A DNA stretch of 64,000 nt, from contig NC_086097.1 in NCBI RefSeq assembly GCF_963921235.1, positions 203,982,001 through 204,046,000 on the forward strand. Direction: 5' to 3'. Numbering within the stretch: the first letter of the stretch is position 1; every line of letters starts with the position of its first letter. Under the pieces are notes generated by a model that did not search any database, was not told the origin of the DNA, and worked only from the letters and a program-made list of their open reading frames with translations. This DNA is from Mobula hypostoma. Taxonomy: Eukaryota. Shown here piece by piece: positions 12,034 through 24,739 of the stretch. The translations under genes were made by a program, and so were the position numbers.

Positions 12034-12333
12034 TTGGAGCGTGGCCAAGTGGATAAGGCGTTCGTCTAGCGGTTTTGAAGGTCGCTAGTTTGAGCCTTGG
12101 CTGAGGCAGCTTGTGTGGCCTTGAGCAAGGCACTTAACCACACATTGGTTTGCGATGACACCGGTGTCAAGCTATATGGGTCCTAATGCCCTTCCCTTGG
12201 ACAACATCGGTGGAATAGAGAGGGAAGACTAGCAGCATGGGTCTTCCATACAACCTTGCCCAAACCTGTGCCCTGGAAACCTTCCAAGGCGCAAATCCAT
12301 AGTCTCATGAGACTAATGGATGCCTATAAAAAA
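12034..12333 (+). mobile_element. tRNA-derived SINE with RTE-like 3' end
   Basis: A box TGGCCAAGTGG (12042-12052), B-box-like GTTTGAGCC (12088-12096). 3' end ATCCATAGTCTCATGAGACTAATGGATGCCTATAAAAAA. TSD TACATTAATTTT(T)AGTG at 12017-12033 and 12334-12349. Confidence 0.85.
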
Positions 12334-13092
12334 TACATTAATTTTAGTGACAACTACTCACATAATCATCTGCTGACTTCATTGAGTTCTGGTTCAAACT
12401 AAGTCAAGGCAGCTAACTTTTAGCTTCCTTTGGCTTGGCCAGGCAAGTTTTATTTTTTTTACATCTTTCAATACATACTTAGCCATCTCTCATACAACTT
12501 CTTAAAAATATTGTTCTGTCTCTCAAAAAAGTGAATACTCTGTAAATTATAGTATGATAAAATAGGGGATTTACACATTAATAAAAATGTTCTATAAAAT
12601 TTGATGACAAACCAAAATCCATTTTAATTTATTATTCAGGCACTACAAGGGCTGAAGGTTAATCATTTTAACAAAGCTGTTCTGGTACAAGATGACATAT
12701 ATTACAATAATTTCAGGCACCATATACAACACATTTGCTTTTATTCATATTTATCACAGAATTTTGGTAATATTGCAAGTTATTTTGTGATTGAGTTAGA
12801 TGCTTTCAAAGCAATTAAAAGTGTGAATAATCTGAAATAACATGCCTTTGCTTTTGAGAAGAAATATAGGTGACATTGGTGAATAATGTGGATATTAATC
12901 AATCTGGTATCATAAAATTACCAACCATGTGAAATTAATAATATGTGCTTTATTAAAAGAACCTGTGAGAGAGGACTAGATTGTGATTATTAGCTGGAGG
13001 TTGATGTTTCATGTCAGTTATTTAAAGTGGGCTGGTAGAGCCAGACTGGTATTATCCTAATGTTAATTTCCACTTGTGTGGCAAGTCAGAAT

Positions 13093-14800
13093 CTAAAAGG
13101 CATGAATGGCAGAGATGCTTCACTACCAGATGAGCTCAATGCCTTTTATGCCTGCTTTGAAAGGGAGAATAGAAGTTCAGTGGTGAAGATCCCTGCTGCA
13201 CCCAGTAAACCTGTGACCTCTGTTTCAGAGGCTGATATCAGGCTGTCTTTCAGGAGGGTGAACCCTCATAAGGTGGCAGGCCCTGACAGAGTACCTGGTC
13301 AGGATCCGAAAACTTGTGCCAACCAACTAGTCAACTAGCGGTAGTATTCAAGGACATTTTCAACATCGCATTGCTACAGTCGGAAGTTCCCACCTGCTTC
13401 GAAAGGGTAACAAATCTACCAGTGCCCAAGAAGAGTAGTATGATCTGCCTTAATGGCTATCATCCAGTAGCACTCACTATGGTGAAGAAATGCTTTGAGA
13501 AGCTGGTCATGGCTAGACTCAACTTCTGCCTCAGCAAGGATCTGGTCCCACTGCAATTTGCCTATTGCCACAACAGGTCAATGGGAGACAGAATCTCAAT
13601 GGTTCTTCACATGGCCTTAGACTACCAGGACAATACAAACACTGTTCATTGATTATAGCTCAGTGTTTAACACCATCATTCCTACCATTCTGATCGACAG
13701 GCTACGGAATCTGGACCTCTGTACCTCACACTGCAATTCAATCTTTGACTTTCAAACTGGAAGACCACAATTTGTGCAGATTGAGATTAATAACTCCTCC
13801 TCACTGACGATCAACACTGGCACAAATCAGGAATGTGTGCTTCACCCACTGCTCTACTCTCTATGCTCCCATGACTATGTGGCTAGGCATAGCTTAAATG
13901 CCATCTATAAATTTGATGATGATACAACCATGGTTGTCAGAATCTCAGGTGGAGATGAGAGGGCTACCAATGAGTTATACCAGCTAGTTAAGTGGTGTTG
14001 CAGCAACAACCGTGCACTCAACGTCAGTAAGACAAAAGAGCTGATTGAGGACTTCAGGAAGGGTAAGATGAAGGAACACATACCAATCCTCATAGAGGGG
14101 TCAGAAGTGGAGAGAGTGAGCAGTTTCAAGTTCCTGGGTGTCAAGATCTCTGAAGATCTAACCTGGTCCCAACATATTGATGCAGCTGTAAAGAAGGCAA
14201 GACAGTGGCTATATTTCATTAGGAGTTTGAGGAGATCTGGTTTGTCACCTAAGACACTAGAAAACTTCTGTAGATGTGTCAGGGAGAGCATTCTGACAGG
14301 GCTGCATCACTGTCTGGTATGATGGGGGGAGGGGCTACTGCACAGGACTGAAAGAAGCTGCGGAGAGTCATAAATTTAGTTGACTCCATCTTGCGTGCTA
14401 GTCTACAAAGTACCCAGGACATTTTTGAAGAGCGGTGTCTCAGAAAGACAGCATCCATTATTAAGGACCCTCTGCACCCAGGGCATGCCCTTTTCTCACT
14501 GTTACCATCAGGCAGGAGATACAGAAGCCTGAAGGCACACACTCAGCGATTCAGGAACAGCTTCTTCCCCTCTGCCATCCAATTCCTAAATGGACATACA
14601 TTGAACACCACCTCACTTTTTAAAAATATATTATTTCCGTTTTTTGCACTATATATATATATACAGACATACTGTAATTGATTTACTTACTTGTTTATTA
14701 TTTTTTTCTTCTATATTATGTATTGCATTGAACTGCTGCTAAGTTAATGCATTTCACGACACATGCCGTTGATAATAAACCTGCTTCTGATTCTGATTCT
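13093..14800 (+). mobile_element. Rex1/Babar-type LINE, 5'-truncated RT region and 3' UTR
   Basis: Frameshifted RT peptides LPDELNAFYACFE, PVPKK..CLNGYHPVAL, LQFAY, IYKFDDDTT, HTQRFRNSFFP; (TGATTC)n tail. Confidence 0.92.
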
Positions 14801-16618
14801 AAACTTTACTTATTTCACTGGATCATCATTTATTTTTTTTACCAAGAATATTTCAATGGAGACTTCTGTTTTTGTTGTGGAATTTGATAAAAATGTGATA
14901 AAATGAAGACCATGGTCTGCTTGTGATGATCTCAATCTTATGTAATTTGAGGCTACATTTTGATTGAGTTAATGTTACATTTACTGGCTATTCAAATTGT
15001 TTGCACTGCTAAATAGAAAACATCTTGTGACCTAATTATCATAGATTAACACTGTTTACAGTTCTAACTGATTAGGTTGACTTGAATGGAAGCAACAGAA
15101 AAGATAATTGAAACAAGAAGGATAAATACAAATCATGTCACTGCTTTTCACATCAAAAGCTTTAATGAGATGAAGTTGTAATGCGTTGATCTATTTTTCA
15201 TATGGGTGAGTTTTTAAAATCAAATTTATATTCTTGTCATCATAGGCTATAACAATTTTGTATGTGTTGAACACTCTATGCATAAGTGTTAGAAAATGAT
15301 AAGTCTGCTAATCATCTAAATATTTGGTAAATGAAATTGGTATTATCAGAAATTCAAGTTAATCAGCTGAAAACATTTTTTTGCAGGAGTTGACAATGTT
15401 TTTCATGGCTGACCTTACTTTTAAAATCAATGACTGAAAGGATCCTTTCTGCATTACAGGAGAGAAACTTTATGCTTGGGATAGGCTCTCAACCCAAAAC
15501 ATTGTCCATCCATTTGCCTCCACACATCCTGTCCGACCTGCTGAGTTTTTTTTAACAGGAAATTTGGTGAGAGCTAGTAAGAAGGGGATTTATGGAAAGA
15601 TTTCAAATGCTTTGGGTATTCTGGTGTAAACGTGGAAGACGGCTGAAAATTTGTTGAACTAGGCTTCCAGCTGGTTGCATGAGGCAATGTATAATTGTCT
15701 TAATCCACAAGCAGAAGTGGAGGTGGGGGTGTTAGGCAGGGAAGACAGTATCAGTTAGTAGTTCATCGTACTACTTAATATAGATTACAAGACTGTTCAA
15801 GATCATTGCAATCAAGTCAGATTAGGTCCAAGGCTGATACATCTGTGCACCGCTGAAGGATAGAGCAGCCTATTTACTGGGCAGGGGAATAGCCATTTAC
15901 TTGCTTGGCTTGGACCATGAGAAGGTCTTTTACAGAATATTGCCCACATGACAGGCATCCTCTACAACATGGAAATCTGGACAAATTGTAACCTGTGTAA
16001 AAATACCTTTTGGACTTATTGTTCATGGAAGGAATGTAAAATAAAGTAAATGATGTCTGATGTCTACAAACTGCCTCCTTTGTGAGATATGTTTGTAAAT
16101 TAATATATGCTTTGAGTTACCTCAGCAGTGAATTGGTTAATCTTTGTGTGAAAACTGGTTCTTTGCTTTCTGTTATGTCAGATAAAGGAAAAGTCAGAAG
16201 TGCTGCAATCATACTATATCACCTCAGGCACCTCGAGGCATTTGAGGATGTTAGGAACAGGAATCGTCCATTATGCTTCTGGAATGTGTCGGGCCATTCA
16301 GTCTTTGAATTTCAAATTTCAAGTTAACATCTGAAATAGAATCAATCATTATTTGTTCAAGAGAATTCCAGATTTCCACTATCATTGGCTTGCAGAAATG
16401 TTTCCTAACTTCTGAAAGTCTTGGCTATACTTTGCAGTCAATGCTCCTTATTCCTTACAGCCTAACCAGACGAAATTGATCCTTTCTATCTGAACTTTCT
16501 TCATCTCAATAGCTTGAAAACTTAATTCAAGTTACCCTTTGATCTTTGAAATTTTATGGTAATTGTTATGTATTTAATATTTCAGTAACGTTTGAGTTTG
16601 AATTTCAGTAATGTTTGA

Positions 16619-17287
16619 AGAAAGGCGCAAAGATCAGCATCTACAGAGCCGTTGTACTGAATACCCTCCTGTTCGGCTCCGAGACGTGGGTCACCTACCG
16701 TCACCACCTATGATTCCTTGAGCGTTTCCACCAGCGCTGCCTCTGCACCATTCTCAACATCCACTGGAGTGACTTTGTCACCAACATCGAAGTCCTCGAA
16801 CAGGCGGCGGTCACCAGCATCGAGACCATGCTGTTGAAGACACAGCTGCGCTGGGCAGGGCACATCTCCAGGATGGAGGATTATCGCCTACCCAAGATTG
16901 TGCTGTATGGCGAACTCTCCACTGGCCACCGCGACAGAGGGGCACCGAAGAAGAGGTACAAGGACTCGCTGAAGAAATCCCTTAGTGCCTGTCACATTGA
17001 TCATTGCCAGTGGTCTAATCTAGCCTCCGGTCGCGAGGCCTGGTGACACACCATTCACCAGTCTGTCTCCCCCTTTGAGAACGCACGCAGGGCTGGCACT
17101 GAGGATAAAAGGAGAAGGAGGAAGAACTATGACCCAGCAGCACCAAACCCAGATCAGAATTTACCTTGCAGCCGCAGTGGCCGGACCAGCCTGTCGCATA
17201 TTGGCCTAGTCAGCCACCAGCGAGCCTGCAGAAGATGTGGGCAGCTATCCTTCCTAAATCTTCGTTCATGAAGCCAAGCCATGAAAT
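16619..17287 (+). mobile_element. RTE-clade LINE 3' fragment inserted in the Gypsy 5' LTR
   Basis: QLRWAGHISRMEDYRLPKIVLYGELSTGHRDRGAPKKRYKD, a typical RTE C-terminal region. Flanked by ATTTCAGTAATG(T/C)TTGA repeats. Confidence 0.9.
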
Positions 17288-17486
17288 ATTTCAGTAATGC
17301 TTGAGTAATATTGTAAATATATTGTTTGATCGAGCATTCCTTGTTGTTTACATAATTCATTATAGTTATCTGTAAAGGTAGATAAATAGCAAGCATTATT
17401 ACACAACCACATCATAAGTGTGTGTCTCACTAAAGTCGAGTTTCCCCCCCTCTATCTTTTCTTTTAATTAGTTTTATGTTTTAGGT

Positions 17487-18284
17487 TTCAAAGGTACATT
17501 TAATGTCAGAGGAGTGTATACAATATACATCCTGAAATTCTTTTTCTTCGCAACCATCTACGAAAACAGAGGAGTGCCCCAAAGAATGAATGACAGTTAA
17601 ATTTTAGAACCCAAAGCCTCCCCAACTTCCCCACCACCTGTAAGCAGCAGCAAAGCAACGATTCCCCCACCAGCAAAAAAAGCATCAGCACCGCCCCCCC
17701 CCCTCCACCGAGTACTCAAGCGTGTAGCAAAGCATCAATAAAGACACAGACTTGCAGTACCCCAAAGACTACTCGTTCATCCGGTAATTTGACATACCAC
17801 AAGCTCTCTATCTCCCTATTAAGGGAAAAAGAGGTGTCCCGTTTCACAGTGACAGGGGAGACATAACAAACAACGCGCTGATTTATGGTGTTAAAAGTCT
17901 GTTGTGTTGCTTTTTCCAAGCTCTGTACCCAAAGAACTCGGGTCTCTGGGCACACAGCCAGCAGCCTGCTCACTGCTTACGATCTTCCACCTCCCATGAC
18001 ACACCGCACGGCAACACCGACCTTGTGTCCACCCGCTTCCAAAGCCACGAAATCCCGAAACTCTGAAGGCGCCCTAGTCTTCTAGGCCACGTCCCTGGCA
18101 TATCGAATAACGGCCAGCTGTGAGATGACGAGAGCGGGTCTCCTGCAAAGAACCGAGGTCAGGGTCATCAAAAGAACCCTGAAAAGGAAAAATAGAGGTA
18201 TTAAAGATAGAAATAGAGCTGTTTCTGAAGATGCAAGCAAAGGAGTTGCCAATAGGTGCCATAGTCTCCTAAGCTCCACTCCTC
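17487..18284 (-). mobile_element. Non-autonomous non-LTR element inserted at the end of the Gypsy 5' LTR
   Basis: Starts on + strand with TTCAAAGGTACATTTAATGTCAGA...TACAATATACATCCTGAAATTC, the reverse complement of the tail class at 1310-1360. The LTR resumes with TTACA at 18285. Confidence 0.7.
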
Positions 18285-20244
18285 TTACAGTTATAGTCCA
18301 TTTTAGGATTCATCAATTACTCTCACAGCTTCTTGCCAAAGCTGGCCACTGTGCTCCACCCCTTGAATTCATTGTTACAGATCGGGAAGAAATGGCAATA
18401 TACAGAGTAGTGTGAGATGGCGTTCCAAAAGGCAAAGGAAATGATGACGTCAAACACTGTACTCACACATTATGATCCAGTGAAGCTTGCCTGTACACCT
18501 TGTTTTATGGTTTAGGTGCAGTCAAGTCTCATGTTATGAGTGATGGATGTGACTACCCCATAGTCTTTCCCCAAATCACGTTCCATTACCGCTGCACAGA
18601 AATATTATGCACAGATTGACAGAGAGGCCTCGAGTCTGGTTTGGGGTGTAGCAACACAGATGCAGAGATGGGCTCTGTTTCTTGGAGAACACAAGTACAA
18701 GTTTGAGTTCAAGAGGATAACTAAGTATGGAAATACTGATGGATTGTCTTGAAAAACGAAATACCTGAAAAATTTACAAAACAGCATGCTCGTCTTGACG
18801 TATTCTCCCTAATGCAAATTGAAAGTCTCCCTATTACGGCAGAGATGATCCAAAAGGAAACCAGAAAAGACCCCACACTGTCTCAAATGTAGTTTGTACA
18901 CATGGAAACCCAAAATGTCTGGAATGTGCAGTAGAAAGTCCAGTTCCCCCATTTATACCAGCACTGGGATGAATTTACCTTTGACAGGGGTTATCTTATG
19001 TGGGGATTGAGAGTTGTTGTACTATCCAAGCTGACAGCTAAAGAATTGGAAGAGCTACATTCTGGTCATCTAGGCATGGTTAAAATGAAAGCTTTGGCTT
19101 GAAGCTTTGTCTAGTGTACTGGGATAAATCAGCAAACTGAAGAGCTTGTCAAGCTCTATTTTGGATGCCAACACATCCAGAAGAAAAGTATTCAGAGCTG
19201 TCAGAACCATTTCCTGCAGTCCCAGAGATAACTCCTACAACCACCATGGAGGAGGCCCCAGAAACTGAGATTGTTTCACAGCCACAAGTCTCCTCTGCCA
19301 AGCAGAGTGACCTCTCTGGTCAGGAAAGATGTTATTGCAGAAGATTAAGAAATCCTCCGCAGCAATTAAATCTTTAGGCCTGAAAGGGACAATTTAAAAT
19401 TTACTATGCTGTGGATGCCTATATAGTAGTTGTATTATATAGTATACTGTGGCCTCACTGAAGTGAAAACTGAAGTACATGAGTTATCCCTGGCTCCTGT
19501 TTTCTTTTCCAATTAGTTTTGTGTTTTGGAGTTTCAAAACATTACAGTAATCTCTCCTCGTATTTTAAGATTTGGATTTTAAGCATCATTATGGAAAATC
19601 TGAGCGACAGTTTGACCAAAGCAAAAGTCTGTCCAGCATTGTGATGCTTAGAACTGTTCTCCATTTCAGGCAGATCTTTGTTTATCTTGAACATAGCTCC
19701 TATCTGATTTTTGTAGAAATAATAGTCCTTTGAACTTCATTGTTTTTTGTACTTGCCCTTGACATATTACTGAAAGAGGGCTCCTAATTCCCTAAGAAAT
19801 CCACTGCTTCTTGCCTTATATTATGTATAAAGTAACAAACACTATTCCTTTTAGAGCCTGAATTTGTAACCATACATTTCCTGTAGTGTCATTCTTTTGA
19901 GAGAGTGATGCCTATTATATTTCTCTTCATAATTATGCATTCATCTACAATATAATTGTAGGACCAATACGAGGACCACTATTCTTGCCAGCAGGTTTAC
20001 TAGAGGAGCTAGATGCAGTGTGTAGTGAAACGGAAGATGTGATGGTATTGGATCTGCTGAACGTGGAGACCTTAAGCCCTATTGGACATAAATAGCCATG
20101 AGTAGGCACACCAAAAGGAGATGATACTATAACTATCAAATCTTCAAAGACTAGAGTATTTCCCTGTTTATCCTCCATAGTGAATTTAGCTTCCAATACC
20201 TACAATCTGAGCAGTGGGTCCTCCTCCATACCAAAGAGAAGATA

Positions 20245-23243
20245 CTTGTGGTTGAGCCCATTAGGAGAAAGGCAATTCTGGATTGGCTGTTGTGTAATGA
20301 ACCAGATTTGATTAGGGAGCTAAAGGTAAAGGAACCCTTAGGAGACAGTGATCATAATATGATAGAATTCACACTGTAGTTGGAGAGGGAGAATGTAAAG
20401 TCAGATGTATCAGCACTAAAATGGAGTAAAAGGAATTACAGAGGCATGAAAGAGGAGCAGGCCAAAATTGATTGCAAGGGACTAGCAGGGATGATGGCAG
20501 AACAGCGATGACTGGAGTTTCTGGAAGCAATTTAGAAGGCACAGGATAGATACATCCCAAAGATGAAGAAGTTTTATAAATGGAGGACAAGGCAACTGTG
20601 GCTGACAATGGAAGTCAAGGACAGCATAAAAGCGAAAAGAGGGCATCTTAAAAGCAATAGGAGTTGGCAGTGGACTTCAGGAATGTGAAAGCACCTTGCA
20701 TTCTCATCTCCAGCAATGGTACGGATGTGGAGGTCTTCCAGGACTACAAATATCTGGGAATTCACCTGGACAATAAACTGGACTGGACTAAAAATACAGC
20801 AGCTCTGTACAAGAAAGGACAGAGCCGAATGTACTTTCTGAAGAGGCTCCGGTCATTTAATATCTGCAGTACTATGCTGGGGATGTTTTATAACACAGTG
20901 GTGGCCAGCATTCTATTCTATGCTGTAGTCTGCTGGGGCAGCAGAGTGAGAGCAGCTGATGCCAAGAAGTTCAAAATGCTCTTAGGAAGGCTGGTTCTGT
21001 TCTGGGGATTTCCTGCTGGTTGTGTCTGAGAGGAGGATGCTGCAGAAACTATGGAACTTTATGGACAATCCCTCTCACTCCCTCCATGACATATTGGACA
21101 AACAGAGGAGTACCTTTAGTAATAGGCTGATTCTACCGAGGTGCATCACTGAACACCATAGGAAATCCTTTCTCCCTTGTTTATAACTCCTCCTCCTTGT
21201 TTTTTTTTCATACCTCAATGCTTACATTTTGTATTTTAAAGTATATATTTCTGACTGAGCAACCGGGCAACAATAAGTTCCTTTGGGATAAATAAAATTT
21301 TATCTTATCTTAATATAGCAAAAATTAGTAGGAAGTTGAAGGATTGGGAAACTTTTAAAAACTAATAGAAGGCAACTAAAAAAGCCATAAGGATAGAAAA
21401 GATGAAAAATGAAGGTAACCTAGCCAATAATATAAAAGAGGATACCAAAGGATTTTTCAGATATATAAAGAGTAAAAGACAGGTGAAAATGGATATCAAA
21501 CCTTTGGAAAATGATGCTGGAAACATAGTAAAGGGAAATAAAGAAATGTCAGATGAACTTAATAAGTATTTTGCGTCAGTATTTTGCGTCATACTAGCAG
21601 TATGCTAGAAATTCAAGAGTATCAGGAGGCAGAAGTGAATGCAATGGTTATCCCTAATGAGAAGGGACTTAGGAAGCTGAAAGATCTGAAAGTAGATAAG
21701 ACACCTGGACTAGATGGACTACACACCAGGGTTCTGAAAGAGGTAGCTGAAGAGATTGTGGATGCATTAGCAATAACCTCGGTTTTCTCTAGTTTGCAAA
21801 TGTCATTCCACTCTTTAAGAAGGGTGGGAGACAGAAGAATGGAAATTATAGGTCAGTTAGCTTGACTTCAGTGGATGGGAAGATTTTGGAATCCATTATT
21901 AAGGATGAGGTTTTAGGGTATTTGGAGGCACATGATAAAATAGGCCAAAGTCAGTGTGGTTTTCTTAAGTTGAAATCCTGCTTGATAAATCTGTTGGAAT
22001 TCTTTGAGGAAATAACAAGCAGGATTAACAAAGGAGAGTCAATAGATGTTGCACATATACTTGGTAATTACATCTGAATTTTCAGAAGGCATTTGACAAG
22101 ATAACAAGATAAAAGTTCATGGTGTTACAGAAAGATACTAGGCTGGACAGAAAATTGGCTGACTGGCAGGAGGCAAAGAGTAGGAATAAAGGGAGCCTTT
22201 TCTGTTCGGCTGCCAATGACAAATGGTGTTCCACAGGGACAGGTGTTAGGACTTCCCCTTTTCACTGATCGATGATCGCTATGAAGGAATTGATGGCTTT
22301 TTGGCCAAATTTGAGCAAGATATGAAGATAAGTGGAGGGTCAAGTAGTATTGAGGAAGTAGGGAGTCTGCAGAAGGACTGAGATAGATTGGGAGAATTGC
22401 AAAAGAGTGGCAGATAGAATATAATGTAGGGAAGTGTATGGTCAAGCATTTTGGTAGAAGGAATTAAGACGTAGATTATTTTCTAAACATGGAAAAAGAT
22501 AAAGAATCTGAGGTGCAAAGGGACTTGGAAGTTCTTATGCAGGTTAATTTTCTGGCTGAATCAATGGTAAGGAAATCAAATGCAATGTTGGCATTTACTT
22601 TAAGAGGACTACAATATTTTTATATTAAAGCAAGGATATAATGCTTGAAAAGGCATTGGTCAGACCGTACTTGGAGTATTGTGAACAGCTTTAGGCCCCT
22701 AGTCTACAAAAAGATATGCTGGAATTGGAGAGTGTCCAGTGGATGTTCACAAGTCTGATTCCAGGAATGAAAGGATTAATGTATGAAGAGCATTTGATGT
22801 CTCTGGACCTGTACTCACAGAATTTTGAAGAATGAGGGAGGATCATTGAAACCTTTCAAATGGTGACAGGCCTTGGTAGAGTGGATGTGGAGAGGATGTT
22901 TCCAATGATGGGAGAGTCTAAGACCAGAGGACACTGCCTCTGCATAGAGCGTTGTCCTTTTAGCATGGAGATGAGGAGGAATTTCTTTAGCCAGGTAATG
23001 CTGAATCTGTGGAATTCTTTATAACAGGCGGCTGTTGAGGCCAAGTCTTTATTTATATTTCAGGCAGAGATTGATAGATTCTTGATTAGTCAGAGCATGA
23101 AAGGATCTGGGGGGGGGGGGTGCGCGGGGTGCAGAAGATTTGTGTTGAGAGGAAAATTGGATCAGCCACGATAAAACGGCAGAGCAAATTTAATGGGTCA
23201 AATGGTCTAATTCTGCTCCTATATGTTATGGTCTTATGGTCTT
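20245..23243 (+). mobile_element. CR1 LINE ORF2 (EN remnant and RT), degraded, interrupted by a Rex fragment
   Basis: Peptides KTPGLDGLHTRVLKEVAEEI and GFLKLKSCLINLLEFFEEIT; (TATGGTCT)n tail at about 23226-23243. Confidence 0.9.
20655..21311 (+). mobile_element. Rex1/Babar 3' fragment nested in CR1
   Basis: YKYLGIHLDNKLDWTKNT..KKGQSRMYFLKRLRSF; (TTATC)n tail. CR1 resumes at AATATAGCAAAAATTAG. Confidence 0.88.
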
Positions 23244-23577
23244 AAATATTGAAAGGCCTAGATAGAGTGAATGTGGAGAGGAGTTTTCTATAGTATGTGA
23301 GTCTAGGACCAGAAGGCACAGCCTCAGAATTTAAAGCAGAGATGAGGAAGAATTTCTTTAGCAAGAGGATGATGAATCTGAGGAATTCATTGCCACAGAT
23401 GGTTTTGGAGGCAAAGTCTCTTTGGGTTTATTTAAAGCAGGGTTTGATAGTTTCTTGTTTAGTCAAGGTTATGGGAACAAGGCAGGAGAATAGGGTTGAG
23501 ATCAGCCATGTTAGAAAGGCAGAGAGGCCTCGATGGGCCAAATGGCCTAATTCTCTTCCTATGTCTTATGGTCTTAT
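23244..23577 (+). mobile_element. Second CR1 3'-end copy in tandem
   Basis: Repeats the GATAGAGTG..GAGAGG..GAGATGAGGAAGAATTTCTTTAGC..TATGGTCTTAT block of about 22860-23243. Confidence 0.8.
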
Positions 23578-24739
23578 CATGATACCTAACTTTTTTGACA
23601 TTGACTCAGAGGATATGTGAATTTCTATCACTGTTACTTAAAAATCCAGCAAATAGTGTTGTCCTAGTGCAGCTCTTTGTGAGATGCCACTAATCATAGA
23701 GTTATAATTGTACTTCTAGGTCCCTTGATCTATTCCTAGATTTATTCATAACCATATCAATCAAAATCGGCAAATAACTTTTGAAATGACATCACTGTTA
23801 TAATGTGAGCAACAAAACATGTTCCTGGTGTAAGATGTCTTAAATCACACTTTGTACTTAAGTAGTCCATTAAGGCGTGTTGCCTTGTTTTGTGTTCATA
23901 GTATGACAACTGGATATTGAAGAAAAAGAAATGTAGCAGGTGATAACTGGAATGGTGTGTTCTTGGATGCTGAATGTGAAAAATAGTTGGCATAAACGTA
24001 GAAGTAATAATATAACACCAATGATTTTACACATTCATTATAATTCTAACATAGTTTGGTTTGAATCTCGCACAGATCTCGGTAAATAAAGCCTCATAAC
24101 AACACACAAAAAGCTCGCCAGAATAAATGCTAGGAATTTTCACATGAGTATTTAACATGACTGTGGTCACTTTATAAATGGAAATTGCTGCCAGGCCTAT
24201 AAACTAAAAGTCAGGATAAGTCAGGTCAAGAAGAGAGCTCAGGAGTTGATTTAAACATGCTGAAGGCAGAGTTGCCAGTTCAATGCCCAGCTTATTAAAA
24301 TGCATCTTTCACACTGATGTGTATCAATTATTTGGTCACATGAACAACAAAAAGGCTTCAGTTTTATAACTTATAATAATAAAACTGGTCACCTGAAATG
24401 AGTTTAATAATTAAAATTCTTCCACCTTCTGCAAAAATGCTGCATTTGGAAATGTAAAATAAAAGTGAAAATACTGCAAGTATTCAGCAGGTCTGATGTC
24501 ATTTGTGGGATGATGTTGCCACTACAGAGATGTTACTAATGGCATACTGATTGCTTACAAAGAGAGTAGTAGGGCTTTGGGTGTAGAGTAATTGTTCAAT
24601 TGCCTTTTTATAGACAACAAAAGCACAGACAGACAGATGAACAGCTGTCTCTCTGTGCATGACCATTTACTTCCCAACACCGTATTCCATTTGCCACATC
24701 TTTGCCATTCTCCTAATCTCCCTCCCTGCTTCCTCAACA

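Larger units (their letters stand above)
16564..19546 (+). mobile_element. Internally deleted Gypsy LTR retrotransposon, Mag/K02A2.6-like
   Basis: TG...CA termini with GTAAT TSD (16559-16563, 19547-19551). LTR ends share AATTAGTTTT(A/G)TGTTTT..GTTTCAAA..TTACA. Remnants of RNase H (HYDPVKLA, YAQIDREA, MQRWALFL) and integrase Zn finger (LEELHSGHLGMVKMKALA) at about 18468-19172. Confidence 0.85.

Noticed and set aside
12034..12110. Possible tRNA gene
   Set aside because: Has A/B boxes but no convincing cloverleaf; continues into a SINE body with TSD.
19945..20196. Short ORFs on both strands upstream of a CR1
   Set aside because: No recognisable homology or convincing splice-site pair.
23109..23131. 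G-run / possible G-quadruplex
   Set aside because: Homopolymer expansion inside a CR1 3' region; no evidence of function.
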